NCBI GenBank assembly: GCA_009602725.1
Contig: WELB01000029.1
Span: 112,326 to 168,463 of the forward strand
From: Spirogloea muscicola
Taxonomy: Eukaryota
Length of the DNA: 56,138 nt
Reading direction: 5' to 3'
The notes under the pieces were generated by a model. The model made no database searches, was not told where the DNA came from, and was given only the letters and a program-made list of their open reading frames with translations. A program made the position numbers and the translations under genes. Below, piece after piece: positions 46,091-56,138 of the stretch. Numbering within the stretch: the first letter of the stretch is position 1; each line of letters begins with the position of its first letter.

Positions 46091-48699
46091 AGCCCTCTTC
46101 CTTCTGCAACAGCGCTGCTTCTAGTGGCAGCGACGGTTGTCAAAGAAGTAAACTTACCCAAAGGTGGCGAGGGCCGTGAAAAGCCAGCCCGAAAAGCATG
46201 GACAAGGTAAAAGGCCAGCCCACGAAGGCGAGTGAGAGAAGGAAACGGAGTGTGTATTGAGTGATAATGGAATGAGTGGCCAAGTACCAAGGCAAGCGCG
46301 CTGACCCGTTCAGTGACCACGAGGCAGCAAATAGAGGTCGCTGACCGATGCCGGAATATGGGAGACAGGAAAGTACAAGGAAAAGAGAGAACAAAAGACT
46401 TTTTCAGTAAAGTCTTCTTTTTTCTCGCAGCCGTCATGGAGAGAATTTTCTTGCTTTTGCACCTCCCGGCCGTTTCAGACATTGTACATTCCGTTGGCTG
46501 GCCTCTCACAGCCATTGCCTTACAATGGAAGAGCTCTTTCTTTCTCCAGTGGGGGGCAATGGCTGTGGTTGGGCAGCCGGAAAAAGAACGAACAAGGGGC
46601 CAGAAGGGGCCAGAAAAGAGCTTAAGCACACAGCGACTCAAGTGCCACTGACTGCTCAACATCCCTCCCTAGTGAGCAAAGAGAAAAAAAGTGGCTCTCC
46701 CAGAGGGAACAAGGGCTGTAATCAGCCAGCCAGAAATGATATCGACAGGGTCCGAGGTGCCATAAACCGCTATTTCAAAGCTTTCCCGGTAGAAGAAGCA
46801 CTTAGTAACGTCTAGTGAGGAGTCGCAAATCAGAAAGACTAGCAGCCGGAAAGCAAATCCCCTGACGAAAGCCAGAGGCTTTCAGAGGCTGCAGCTAGAG
46901 CACGGCCAGCATGCAGATGCAAGGTTCTGGCCATGTGAAAAGCCAGCCCACAAGCCGAAATGAACAAGGTCTGAAGTAGAAGAAGTGGCCAATGGGGGCA
47001 AGGGCTGCGAAAAGCCAGCCCGAAAAGAATGGACAAAGGTTCGAAGGAGCCGGAGAGCTGGAAGAGCTGCTTCTCTTCCTCACAGGTTGAATTTCTGACC
47101 CAAACGTGTGCGATAATCAAATTATAGGCGAGGCCCAACTGGATGGACAAGGTCCAAGAAAGTCGGAAATCACTACAGCATACAGCTACTTAAGTGGCTA
47201 CAGCGAATGGTGTTCAATGACCACTAGTCAGCAGCCGCCAATCACAGTAGCTCTGAGTGAGAAGGTAGTCACAGCGTCAAAAGCAGAAGCAGCAGCCAGA
47301 GCGCAGCCAGCCGCAATGCACTGCAAATGCCTGGGACGCTGGAGCGAGATTATTAGACGCATCCAGAACACCTGAGGGACCTAGCGGCATAGAAGCGGGC
47401 TGCTCACCTTGATGACGTCTGGATATCACTTGCCGTGCAAGCTTCTGGAGAAGGTCATGCCACCAGTTCCTGAAGTCCCCATGAACGTCTATCGCCAGCT
47501 CGTCTCGCCGCTCGCTTCCGCCCTTTGCGTGATTGAGCACCCATTCATAGTAGCCACATGCATAGCTGCGTGGTTTGCGCTTTCTGGCCCCTTCAGACCA
47601 GGTCAATAAGTTTGGGCTGGCCTTTCACAGTCAATGGTCCGTTATTATCAGAATTTGCTGCCCACTCCGTCTCTCCGGTCGTTCGCTCAGATGTACAATA
47701 TGTACCTCTCTATGTTGCTCCAGCGCACAGCTCCTACTGCTCTTAGGCGTTTTTGACTTGCATTTGCGGGCATGTCGCGCCCTTGCCTGCCGCCTCTGAT
47801 TGTCGGCGGGGCAACTCCTTTAGTTGCTGTTAGTTCCGACTTGCGGCTGTTGACCAAGGGCTACTAAACAACCTCATGTACCGGCTTGTAGCAATGCGAT
47901 CTAGAATTTCATTCCTGCGCTTTCCGGCCCCTTCAAACCTTGATTGAGTTATCTATCTGGTATTCCACAGCCATTGCCCCCTTCTGGCAGAGGTTCTTCC
48001 CTTTCTGCCCCTTTACCTGGACACTGCTCGCCCTCTCTTTTGGCTGGCCTCCGGTATTATCGCCTTTGCTGGCTTCTGTGATGGTACTCCGGTTCTCCAA
48101 GTTAGCCTGTCGGATGTGTATGTGCTCACTCAGGGGTACTTGTAACTCTCCTTCAGCCCGCTTTTGCTTTCTTACCTTAGCCTTAATTATAAAGGGCTAC
48201 GCTTTGCATAGCCCATTCTGTGCACTAGCTTCTGCTTGAACACGATAAGGCTGATTTGCCCTCTCTTCCATCAAATGCACCGCTCGCCTTCCATGTCCAT
48301 CTCCATCTCCATGCGCACCGCGCGCCTTCTCTCATGAAGGGAAGAAGCTCTTTCAAAAGAAAGTACTTGTTTGGGGTGGACCGCTTCCTTCGAACGAGGG
48401 GACGGTAGGAAAAGTCGAGACCACAGCCACAGCCAAGGTTTCCACCTTGGAGCGGCCCGTCTCAGGATAAACAGGCTATATAAAACGGAGCCCATGTAAT
48501 GGAAGAGCTTTTTGTTTGGGCTGGCCTCCGAAAAGATTGACAAGGTCAGAAGGGGCCGAAAAGAAGCTGGCTCATCTTCTGCGCTTTCCGTGGCCCCTTC
48601 GAACTTTGTTCCTTTTTCCTGGCTGGCCTTCGTGGCCACTGCCCTACCCTGGAAGCCATTGGGACAGCCACTTCTTTCCCTGAGGCGGCTGCTTGGCTG

Positions 48700-49070
48700 T
48701 CGGCTCTGCCGATCCACGACGCGCTCCGGATGCCGGACGCCGCATTCCGAACGGCGGTGCACCGCCTCCTCGGCCTCCACCCACCATGCCTAGGTGGAGT
48801 ACAACAGTGCGAGTGCGGCGAGCGCAGCCCGGACGCGGCGTCACTGGCAGCTCACATGCTCCGATGCGCACGGGGAGGGGAGCGGACCGGCACACACGAC
48901 CTGCTCCGGAACGCGATGTTTGGCATATTTGTCGAAGCCGGTTACACTGTGGCGCTGGAGAACTCCAGCATCATGCCTCTGACTGCTGGGGCGGACGGCC
49001 GCCTCCACACCCGGCGCGCCGATCTCGTCGCTAGCGCGCTCGGCGGGGGGCCTCGGCTCATTGCCAACGT
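48700..49070 (+). mobile_element. CRE-like zinc knuckle and N-terminal half of the restriction-like endonuclease, running into a gap
   Basis: FRTAVHRLLGL..C-E-C-x12-H-x3-C..RTGTHD..E..RRADLV..GPRLIANV follows the CCHC, RHD, E, RPD, D order of RLE retroelements. Confidence 0.85.
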
Positions 49071-50559
49071 NNNNNNNNNNNNNNNNNNNNNNNNNNNNNN
49101 NNNNNNNNNNNNNNNNNNNNNNNNNNNNNNNNNNNNNNNNNNNNNNNNNNNNNNNNNNNNNNNNNNNNNNNNNNNNNNNNNNNNNNNNNNNNNNNNNNNN
49201 NNNNNNNNNNNNNNNNNNNNNNNNNNNNNNNNNNNNNNNNNNNNNNNNNNNNNNNNNNNNNNNNNNNNNNNNNNNNNNNNNNNNNNNNNNNNNNNNNNNN
49301 NNNNNNNNNNNNNNNNNNNNNNNNNNNNNNNNNNNNNNNNNNNNNNNNNNNNNNNNNNNNNNNNNNNNNNNNNNNNNNNNNNNNNNNNNNNNNNNNNNNN
49401 NNNNNNNNNNNNNNNNNNNNNNNNNNNNNNNNNNNNNNNNNNNNNNNNNNNNNNNNNNNNNNNNNNNNNNNNNNNNNNNNNNNNNNNNNNNNNNNNNNNN
49501 NNNNNNNNNNNNNNNNNNNNNNNNNNNNNNNNNNNNNNNNNNNNNNNNNNNNNNNNNNNNNNNNNNNNNNNNNNNNNNNNNNNNNNNNNNNNNNNNNNNN
49601 NNNNNNNNNNNNNNNNNNNNNNNNNNNNNNNNNNNNNNNNNNNNNNNNNNNNNNNNNNNNNNNNNNNNNNNNNNNNNNNNNNNNNNNNNNNNNNNNNNNN
49701 NNNNNNNNNNNNNNNNNNNNNNNNNNNNNNNNNNNNNNNNNNNNNNNNNNNNNNNNNNNNNNNNNNNNNNNNNNNNNNNNNNNNNNNNNNNNNNNNNNNN
49801 NNNNNNNNNNNNNNNNNNNNNNNNNNNNNNNNNNNNNNNNNNNNNNNNNNNNNNNNNNNNNNNNNNNNNNNNNNNNNNNNNNNNNNNNNNNNNNNNNNNN
49901 NNNNNNNNNNNNNNNNNNNNNNNNNNNNNNNNNNNNNNNNNNNNNNNNNNNNNNNNNNNNNNNNNNNNNNNNNNNNNNNNNNNNNNNNNNNNNNNNNNNN
50001 NNNNNNNNNNNNNNNNNNNNNNNNNNNNNNNNNNNNNNNNNNNNNNNNNNNNNNNNNNNNNNNNNNNGTTGGCGCCCAGCCCCCGACCCCGGGCGGCGCG
50101 GCGGCGCGCGCGCGGCGGGAGCGCCGGGGCGGCGCGTTGAGCTCCACGAGTTCTGGGTCCTTGTTCAATTCCTCCTTTCTTCTCCCTTCCGGGTGGTCCT
50201 TTTTCGGCACCTCTTGCTTTTGGCTCCGACATTGTCCATTCTTTTGGGCTGGCTTTGCCAGCCCCTCTTCTCTATGGGCGAGCACTTTCTTCTCCTTCCT
50301 TTCTCTCTTCTCTGGCTCCTTCGAAGGCCACTCATTCTTTCTACTGGGCTGGTCAATCACAGCCATCGCCCTCTAGTGGAAGCGTCTTTCGGACCTTGTC
50401 CATTCTTTTGGGCTGGCGTCTCCCAGCCACCAGTTAATCTGGCCGCGCTTGCTCCTTTCTTTCTTGGTCGCTGTTCTTCTTTTCTGGGCCGGCTTCTCAC
50501 AGCCACCGCCCTCTCCCGGAAGCGCCTTCCTTCAATTGGAAGAGTCCTTCTCTTCCACC

Positions 50560-51240
50560 TCGTCTGCTTGTCAAGGTGCCTGCTGCCACACGCATGTTGC
50601 TCTGCTCCAGCATCTACTCGCCATCGGCAAGACCAATGGGGGTCCCATCGCCACTGGGGAGGTGCTGTACCGACTGGTGGCGCGCACACTATGGTGACGA
50701 CCGACTCGTTCGACCGTGCCCACCCCACTCTCTCTGCCTCCAAGGCAGGGGCATGCGGTGGCCTGTGCCGCCTGGGGCAATGAACTGGAGAATGCGGACC
50801 ACCCGAGGGAGGACGAGTTCTTCCCCTAGCCATTGACGTTCAAAAGGCGTTCGGCGCTTGGTGGCTCGAGCTTCTACACCGCCTCTTGCGCAGCGCTGTG
50901 TCCCGCCGTTACCACGGAGAGCGGGCTGACTTTACGCAGCAGGCTCTCTCGCTCAGGTGTATCGCATGCGCCTGTAAGTCTTGCTGCAGTGGTCAATGGC
51001 ACGCACGTTGCATCTGCGTGCCTTTCGCGCATTGGCTGCAGCCTCTGGTTCTGGCCAGGGGACCGCTACCCGAGAGATTACTTTCTCTGACTTGCGGCTG
51101 CTCAACAGGGGGTTACTATGATTCGTGCCCTCTTGACTTCCACTGTGCTTTAGCGCTCTCTCTGGCCCCTTCAATATTTGTTCATTTTACTTTCTGGGCT
51201 GGCCAATTACAGCCCTGCCCTTCACTAAAAGCGTCTTTTT
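50560..51240 (+). mobile_element. Internally deleted CRE-like copy: RT N-terminal scrap fused to RLE and 3' UTR
   Basis: LLAIGKTNGG-PIATGEVLYRLVARTL (the K..GG.RPIA.GE..RL RT motif) joins directly to VTTDSFDRAHP.. of the RLE region. Confidence 0.75.
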
Positions 51241-52409
51241 CTTCTTCGTTCAAGAGGGGAAGGCACGCTGAGCGCCTGAACTGAAAGTTTGGCCAATGCA
51301 AGCCAGTAGCTTGTTCGCATGCGCCTTGCCATATCACTTCAGCGGTGCATAACGCAATGCCTTGCATCTGTGTGCTGGCCGTGCTCTAGCTGCAGCCTCT
51401 GGCTTTCTTCATGGGGATTGCTTTCCGGCGCTCTCAGACCTTGTTCAATAGCTTTGGGCTTTCCAGCGACTAGTCTTTCTGATGTGCGGCTCCCAAGTTG
51501 AAAATATTAAGCGACTATCCTACCGGGAAAGGACTCTTTGGCCCCTTCGGACCTTGTAAATTACATGGGACTGGCTGCTCGCCACCCTTGCCCCCTCCTG
51601 GTAGAGCCGCTTCCAACTTTTTCTTACATTGTTCAGGCAAAAACTAGTGCAAAGTGTGGGGCTACGTGAAAGAAGCCCTATGCTAAGGTGGCTAAGGTAA
51701 TAATGTGACATTAGTATCCACGGGTGAGCACAGACACATTCGACAAGCTAGCTTGGGGAGTCGTGAACGCCGCCACGGAAGCGCTTGGCCTGACTTTGAG
51801 TGCGCGCGCGCAGCACGCTGATGAATAGCCAGAGCTTGCGAGCGCTGCAAAGTAAGCGCTGCAATTACATGGAGTGACTCTTGCAGAAATAAGAAAGGGG
51901 GGGAGGGCTGTAAAAGCCAGCCTGGAAGATCGACAAGGTCCCAAAGGGCCGGAAAGAAGCACGTCCCCAAGGGAGGGCGACATGGGGAAGGCGGGCTGGG
52001 GGCGTGGCGGGCTGGCCCCCGCCGTTTTACGCCGCCCAGCAGTACTGCTAAGGGAAGAAGCAGTACTTCTAAGGGGAATAAAAAGAAGAGAGTGGCCTCC
52101 CAGACTAATGGAGTGTATTAAGAGATGGAGGGCACGTGTGGGCCAAGTACAAGGCAAGCACTTTGAAAGATGTACAGAGGGGGCGAGGACTGTGAAAAGC
52201 CAGCCCGAAAGAGGCTGACAAGGCCCGACGCGCGCTGTGAGAGAAGAAGCTTTTCCAAAGGTGGTAAAGGCTGTGAATAGCCAGCCTGAAAAGGATTGAC
52301 AAGGTCCCAAGGGGCCTAACGCGCTGTCTTAGAGCTTGGCTGGGAATAGGTTTCTTAGTGACCACGAGTGAGGAGCTGCAAATGCGAAACACTAGCAGCC
52401 GGAAAGCAA

Positions 52410-52700
52410 TCCCAACAATCACCACCCGGCAGGGGACGACTTCGTACCCCTGGCCGTGGATGTGCATGGGGCTTTCAAGTCCCAGTGGCTCGACCTCTTA
52501 GCCCGGCTTGCGCTGCGCGCTGCGTTTCGCATGCGAGGTGCGCAGGCTGACTTCAACACCGCTGGCTCGCTAGCTCAGGTCTATGGCATGTGCCTCTCCA
52601 TCCTCCTCCAGCGGTCCATGGCCCACGACTTGCACCTGCGTGCTGGCCGTGCTCTAGCTGCAGCCTCTGGCTATCGTCAGGGAGATTTCTTTCGGCTGGT
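52410..52700 (+). mobile_element. CRE-like RLE fragment
   Basis: DDFVPLAVDVHGAFKSQWLDLLARLA..AGSLAQVYGMCLSILLQRSMAHDLHLRAGRALAAASG. Confidence 0.8.
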
Positions 52701-52769
52701 TAGCCGAAGGGGTGGCAGAAGGCACGCGGTGAGCAGAAAACGAAAGAAGAAGGACGCTCCAGGAGAGGG

Positions 52770-53270
52770 CGGTGGCTGTGAGAGGCCAGCCCAAGAAGAA
52801 AAATAAGCAAGTCCGAAGAGGGAAAGCGCTAAAGCACACAGGGAATCAAGTAGCTGCGAAACATTCAGTAACCCGGTTGAGCAGCCGCAGGTTGGAGAAA
52901 TTGGTCTCCGGGTAGCGGGTTCCCTAACCAGGGCCAGAGGCTGCAGCCAATGCACGACCGGCACACAGATGCAGCGTTGTACTATGGACCTCTGCAGCGA
53001 GACGTACAGGCGCATGCAACACACCTGCGCGAGAAAGCCTGCTGCGTGTAAGGCAGCCTGCTCTCCGTGGTACCGGCACAATATAGCGCTGCGCGAGAAG
53101 TGGTGAAGACGCTCGAGCCACCGAGCGCCAAAGGCCCCCTGGACGTTGATGGCGAGCGAGAAGAACTTGTCCTCCCGCGGGTGATCTGCGTACTTCAACG
53201 CCTTGGCCTGGGCGGCGCAGGCCACCGCGCGCCCAGGGTGAGAGGGTTGCCAACTTGAGTCAATGCACTT
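52770..53270 (-). mobile_element. CRE-like RLE fragment with 3' UTR
   Basis: AVACAAQAKALKYADHPREDKFFSLAINVQGAFGARWLERL..SLQRS; hairpin at 52774-52793. Confidence 0.8.
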
Positions 53271-53940
53271 GGAGGCGGGCGGGGGCGTGGCGGCCTGCCC
53301 GGCTGAAGAAGGACGCTTCCAGGCCAAGTGGAGTGTGTATTAAGAGATGGAGGGCCTGTGTGGCCAAGTACAAAGGCAAGCACATTGACATATGTACCTG
53401 CTGCTAAGCTGACTCGCTCAGTAATCGCGAGTCAGCACATAGAGGTCGCTAACTGAGGAGGAAGACGCCCCCAAGTGTCTTGGGGGCGATTTGTGCTTTT
53501 TCCTTTCGGCACCTCTTTTGGTTTTGGATACTGTCCTTTCTTTTTGGGCTGGCTTTGTCAGCCCCTCTTCTCTATGGGCAAGCACTTTCTTGAGGGAGGG
53601 TAGGACGTGGGAAGGGGCTTGGCTTTCATCCTACCCAATATCTGTAACAGCAGCTTTGGCCCCTTCAAATCTTCACCTCTTATCGGGCTGGCATTTCACA
53701 GCCCTTGCCCCACTGGGCCTGCGGCTACTAGTAGGGGATACTGAGTGTTTCGTAGCTACTTGATGCCGTGTGTGTTTTAGTGTTTTCCCTGACCCCTTCG
53801 AACTGTATGCATTCTTTTCTTCTGGGCTGGCCTCTCCCAGCCACCGCCCTCTCCTGAAAGCGTCCTTCGTCTATGGGAGAGCCACTTCTCTCGCTTTCTT
53901 TTTCAAAAACGAAAGCACGGCCCAAATGACTGGTGGCTGT

Positions 53941-54470
53941 GAGAGAAGTGCTCTCCCAATGGGGGCAAGGGCTGTGAAAAGCCAGCCCGAAAAGAATTGA
54001 CAATGGTTCGAAGGCGCCACAATGACGGAGGGGCCTGAAAATGCTATGTCAGAACGGGTGGAGGATGGACCACTCAGTAACTACGAGTGAGGAGCCACAA
54101 ATCCGACAGACTAGCTGCCCGAAAACTATCTCCCTAACGAAAGCCAGAGGCTGCAGCGAGAGCATGACCAGCACGCAGATGCAAGGCGTGGGCCATGGAC
54201 CGCTGAAGGGAGATTGACAAACGCATGCGATAGACTTGGGCCCACGAGCCAGCGGCGTTGAAGTCAGCCGGCTCACCTCGCCTGCGGAACACAGCGCACC
54301 GCGCGAGCGTGGCCAGCAGGTCGAGCCACTGGGACCCGAGAGCTCCGGCACATCCACGGCTCTGGCACATCCACGGCCAGGGGTACGTACTCGTCCCCGG
54401 CCGGGTGGTCTGCGTATTTGGCCGCCTTGCAGCGAGCGGCGTTCGCCGCTGCATGGCCAGCCCTCGAGGC
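53941..54470 (-). mobile_element. CRE-like RLE fragment with 3' UTR
   Basis: AKYADHPAGDEYVPLAVDV..GALGSQWLDLLATLAR..RMRLSISLQRSMAHALHLRAG; hairpin at 53968-53988. Confidence 0.8.
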
Positions 54471-54754
54471 AGAAAGCCCCGGATTGGCGCGATCTACAAC
54501 ATCGGTGGTGAGAGGCCAGCCCAGGAAAGAATTGACAAAGGGTCGAAGGGCTCCAATGACAAAGGCGCCTGAAAATGCTATGTCAGAACCGGAAAGACAA
54601 TACTACACACCAAAATTGATGCAGGTGGATGCTCAGTAACCACGAGTGAGCAACAGCAGATGAGAATAACTCGAAGCAGGAAAAGCGGCACTCCGCCGAG
54701 ACCCTGAGGCAGCAGCCATAGCGCGGCCAGCGCGTGTGGACCGTGTGAGCCAAA

Positions 54755-55400
54755 GAAAGAAAGAAAGGGCTCGCCCATTGAGGATAGGGGCTGGAAAAGC
54801 CAGCCCAAAAATGAAGGAACAAAGTACGAGAAGGGGGCCAGGGGAAGCGCTAAGAAAAACAAGCACAACAAGAAACAAAGCAGCTGCGTATTACTCAGTA
54901 ACCCCTGCTAAGCAGCCTCAGGTCAGAGAAGCTAGGCTCCTGGAAGTGGGTCCCCTGGCCGGAGCCAGAGGCAGCAGCGAGGGCTCTGCCGGCACGCAGG
55001 TGCAGCACGCGGGCCATAGACCTCTGCAGCGAGACGGCCAAGCGCATCCGGTACACCTGCGCTAGCGACCCAGCTGCAGGAAAGTCCACCGGCTCCCCAT
55101 GGAAGCGGCGGACGATGGCGTGGCGGGCGAGCTGGTTGAGCAGCTCAAGCCACCGAGTGCCCAACGCCCCATGCGTGTCGATAGCCAGCGGGAAGAACTC
55201 GTCTTCCCGCGGATGATCAGCACATTTGAGCTCCTTAGCTCGAGCGCGCAGGCGCCCGCATACCCAGCCTTGATGGCACATTGGGCCGGGTGTGAGCGGT
55301 CGTATACGTCTGTGGTCACCACGTCCAGGATAAGACGTGGCCCGCCGGCTTGTGGGGTGGCCACAACGTCGACGTGGCTGCCACAACAACGTGCGTGGAG
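54755..55400 (-). mobile_element. 5'-truncated CRE-like copy (RLE and 3' UTR)
   Basis: GGPRLILDVVTTD..AKELKCADHPREDEFFPLAIDTHGALG..RMRLAVSLQRSMARVLH..RGY* followed by the 3' module. Confidence 0.85.
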
Positions 55401-56138
55401 ACCGTCAGCCCTTTGCTGGAGCGGCCTAAGAGCGCTGGAACGAGACCGCCAGCCTTATACGAAATACCTGGGCAGCCCAGAGGAATAGATCTTTCTTTTC
55501 TCGCTTGGCGGGCGGGGGCGCTTGGCGGGCTGCCCTGCTTTGTACTTATTTAGCCATTTGGCCTTTGTTCAAGTCAAATAAACGGAAGAAATTCTCCTAC
55601 CGAAGACGCTCCCGAGAGAGAAAGACGCTTCCACGAGAAATTGCTCGCCCACAAAATGAAAATTTGAATATAAAGAAGAGGGCGGTTGGTTATGGGGGAA
55701 AACGCGGGCGGGGGCTTGGAGACTGCCCGGCCGACGAAAAGCTGAGAAAGGCGCGGCCTGGGAAAGAAGCGCGGCCTGGGCTTGGAGGCTGCCCGCGCCG
55801 CGGCGGCTGTTCCTTGGGCAGCGGCGTGGGGGCCTGCCCGGGCAGATGACACGCCCTCGAGGCGGGTTTCTTTTGTGCAGTATTCTTTTGTGCCCGGGCA
55901 GCGCCAGTGCAATCTCACAGGTCGTCCCAAGCCGTCCGATCGTCGTCGCGCGGACCGTTTTGCGCTTTCGATCCACCCGGCGTTCTCGAGGGCGTCCGAT
56001 AAGCACGCCCGGGCAGCTTCTCCCCAGCCCGCCTGCAGGCGGACCCGGCGCCCAACCGCAACCCCCCCACCCGATCAGCGCTCCCCGCGCGCCCATTCCC
56101 CCGCCGCCGCCGTCCGCCGCCGCCGCCGCCCGCCGCCG

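Larger units (their letters stand above)
45260..55400. mobile_element. Nest of truncated CRE-like non-LTR retrotransposon fragments in both orientations
   Basis: Repeated RLE-domain ends (K..KYADHP..FFPLAIDTHGALG..WL..L..R.S.SLQRSMA), a zinc knuckle, an RT scrap and more than 20 hairpin modules. Confidence 0.85.

Noticed and set aside
55400..56138. GC-rich window end as a CDS
   Set aside because: It resembles the GCC-rich 5' regions of other genes here, but no identifiable coding sequence lies inside the window.

Overview
GC-rich, intron-containing eukaryotic DNA with plant-type genes and TTTAGGG-like tracts, most consistent with a streptophyte green alga (species not determinable from the sequence). 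It is a draft assembly with N gaps at 4976, 20835-21577, 44520-44813 and 49071-50067. Nine spliced genes can be reconstructed by hand: an A1 aspartic protease with a polyproline tail (+), a phosphoglycerate-mutase-like histidine phosphatase (+), an organellar-type Asn-tRNA ligase (-), an orphan protein with RVxF-like motifs (+), a HINT4-like HIT hydrolase (-), a CsgA-like SDR (-), UMP1/POMP (-), CDKAL1-type tRNA methylthiotransferase (+) and a group-E bZIP (-). The left end carries a 111-bp minisatellite. The last ~11 kb is a nest of truncated CRE-like (RLE-endonuclease) non-LTR retrotransposon fragments. The most notable signal is a short 3'-terminal module of these elements, centred on a GGGCTG-loop-CAGCC(C) hairpin. 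It occurs about 40 times by eye, keeps its stem pairing across diverged subfamilies, appears solo in most intergenic spaces and seems to be the site at which further copies join, suggesting a self-targeting retroelement family. Four genes carry apparent lesions, due either to assembly error or to gene decay.
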